Positions 62,734 through 64,000 of a stretch of 64,000 nt of DNA are shown here, piece by piece (within the stretch, counting starts at the first letter, position 1; the number at the start of each line of letters is the position of its first letter). Below the pieces are notes generated by a model. That model saw only the letters and a program-made list of their open reading frames with translations, did no database searches and was not told where the DNA came from. Position numbers and translations under genes: made by a program. Source of the DNA: Diplonema japonicum (taxonomy: Eukaryota > Protista > Euglenozoa: Diplonemea); assembly GCA_964019335.1 (NCBI GenBank), contig OZ025669.1:372001-436000 (forward strand), read 5' to 3'.

Positions 62734-63314
62734 CTACAGGCATATCGCGGCTCTGTGGCTGAAAGCCTTGGTGTATTCACTGAAGTCAATACCCCCCTTG
62801 GCGGAAAGGTTATGTTTCTTCATGGTGGCATCAACAAGAGAGCTAATGTGCGAATCCTATTTTTTTTTCTCTTTTTTTTTGTTTTCACACATACGTCCAG
62901 GGTGAGGTAGTTGGACTCAAGGCATGACTTGAGAACAAGGAACAAGTCCTCCCTTGAGATTTCACCGTCCTGGTCAACGTCGTAAATCTTGAACAGAAGC
63001 TTCAGCTTGCCTTCCTCCGTAATGTGCTTGTTCTTGTTTTGGTAAATAGACAGCGAGATCACAAACTCCTGGAAGTCAACGAACCCATCGTGGTCCGCAT
63101 CGAACATCCTGAAGAGGCCGTCGACGAAGGTAGAGCTCCCCTGGCTGGAGAGCATATCTTTGAACTCTTCCCTGTCGATGAGGCCGTCATCCTTCCTAGC
63201 CGCCGCGAGCTTCTTGAAGTTGTCCTGCATATTTCTAATCTCGTCGGCGCTGAAGGAGGTCTTCTCGGTCAGCCCAGCGATCACCTTCTCATCCTCAGGA
63301 GACACCACAGGCAT
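62734..63314 (-). CDS. Calcineurin B-like (CBL/CNB/NCS-type) EF-hand calcium sensor (2 exons)
   Basis: TSFSADEI..FKKL..DDGLIDREEF, FDADHDGFVDFQEF, YDVDQDGEISREDL. Intron 62857-62894 adds DSHISSLVDATM..IDFSEY..*. Confidence 0.85.
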
Positions 63315-63387
63315 GTTTATTTCTTTCTTACTCTTGTGTATTCTGAACGCGGTTTGGTGTGGTGTGGAAAAAAAGAGAAAACATGGG

Positions 63388-63421
<34 letters not shown>

Positions 63422-63440
63422 CAAGCAAGAGTTGTAAAAC

Positions 63441-64000
63441 TCACGGCACGAATTCCCTCGAGAACAAAGTAACATCGCTTGCCCAAGCGTCCTCCCATAC
63501 GGGTACCTCGGGGTGCGTGATAACCTTCTGTGCGTTCAACGGTGTGTCAAACCCGAGGTTCGTCTTGATTCTGTCATTGTTGACTAGAGAAGCGTGCTCA
63601 GTCCATGCTCTAGACTTGCTTGCGCTTGGGTTGCGGTGTTTGAGGGGTGCTAGCCTTGTTTGAACCGAGTTTGGCGTTTCCAAGCCGTCTCTCTGCATAG
63701 GCGGTAGGCAGACATGCTGGAAACCCATCTTGGTGCAGTGCCCCAATACCATGGACTTCGGTATTGTGGGGCGGGACAGGTGGACAATGACACACCCATC
63801 GGGTGCGACCTTTAGGGGCCAGTCTGTGGGTGTCACGACGTCCCTCGGTGATGCAATGACCACCACTTGCACACCATTTGTGCGGAAGATAGCAGCCTCA
63901 CCGACATTGCTGCAGACGATCATCAGTGCGTTGTCCATGATGAGCTCCACAGAGAAGACGGCTGTGTCAAGGGCTTTGAAACAACTTACTAGTGAAGCGG
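63441..64000 (-). CDS. 3' part of a hypothetical protein (runs off the right edge)
   Basis: The frame stays open from the window end to TGA at 63441. Confidence 0.6.
   Translation of the reverse strand, partial: ASLVSCFKALDTAVFSVELIMDNALMIVCSNVGEAAIFRTNGVQVVVIASPRDVVTPTDWPLKVAPDGCVIVHLSRPTIPKSMVLGHCTKMGFQHVCLPPMQRDGLETPNSVQTRLAPLKHRNPSASKSRAWTEHASLVNNDRIKTNLGFDTPLNAQKVITHPEVPVWEDAWASDVTLFSREFVP

Noticed and set aside
1-64000. Reassigned genetic code or non-canonical introns
   Set aside because: TAA, TAG and TGA all terminate genes and no in-frame stops interrupt conserved domains. Every intron I could resolve is GT-AG.

Overview
Eukaryotic genomic DNA, most likely a euglenozoan protist (diplonemid-like; this is inference). 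About 25 protein genes lie head-to-tail, all on the minus strand. They are separated by homopolymer-saturated spacers (A/T/G/C runs up to A58) and interrupted by short GT-AG introns, mostly 34-62 nt, with a GT[AGT]TG donor and often a poly-A rather than polypyrimidine 3' end. Reconstructing 22 introns by hand merges many track ORFs into single genes. Recognisable products: BTB + zinc-knuckle protein, bacterial-type GT2 glycosyltransferase, JmjC protein, DNAAF4, YIF1, TYW2, DNAJC10/ERdj5, a PPEF phosphatase, THP3/LENG8, a CBL-like EF-hand protein, two receptor adenylate cyclases and a giant Pro/Thr mucin-like surface protein. Most notable: (1) one polypeptide fusing an OSR1/SPAK-type kinase, a WNK/NRBP-like pseudokinase, a TRIM-like RING/B-box/coiled-coil and a discoidin-like domain; (2) a receptor adenylate cyclase with a complete dCache_1 amino-acid-binding motif; (3) a DEP-PH-FSP1/AIFM2 fusion; (4) two intergenic palindromes that fold best as minus-strand ssDNA, with tandem G.A mismatches and GNA mini-hairpin loops; (5) an H/ACA(AGA)-like structured RNA; (6) unusual splice signals. 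All family calls come from motif recognition by eye, not from database searches.
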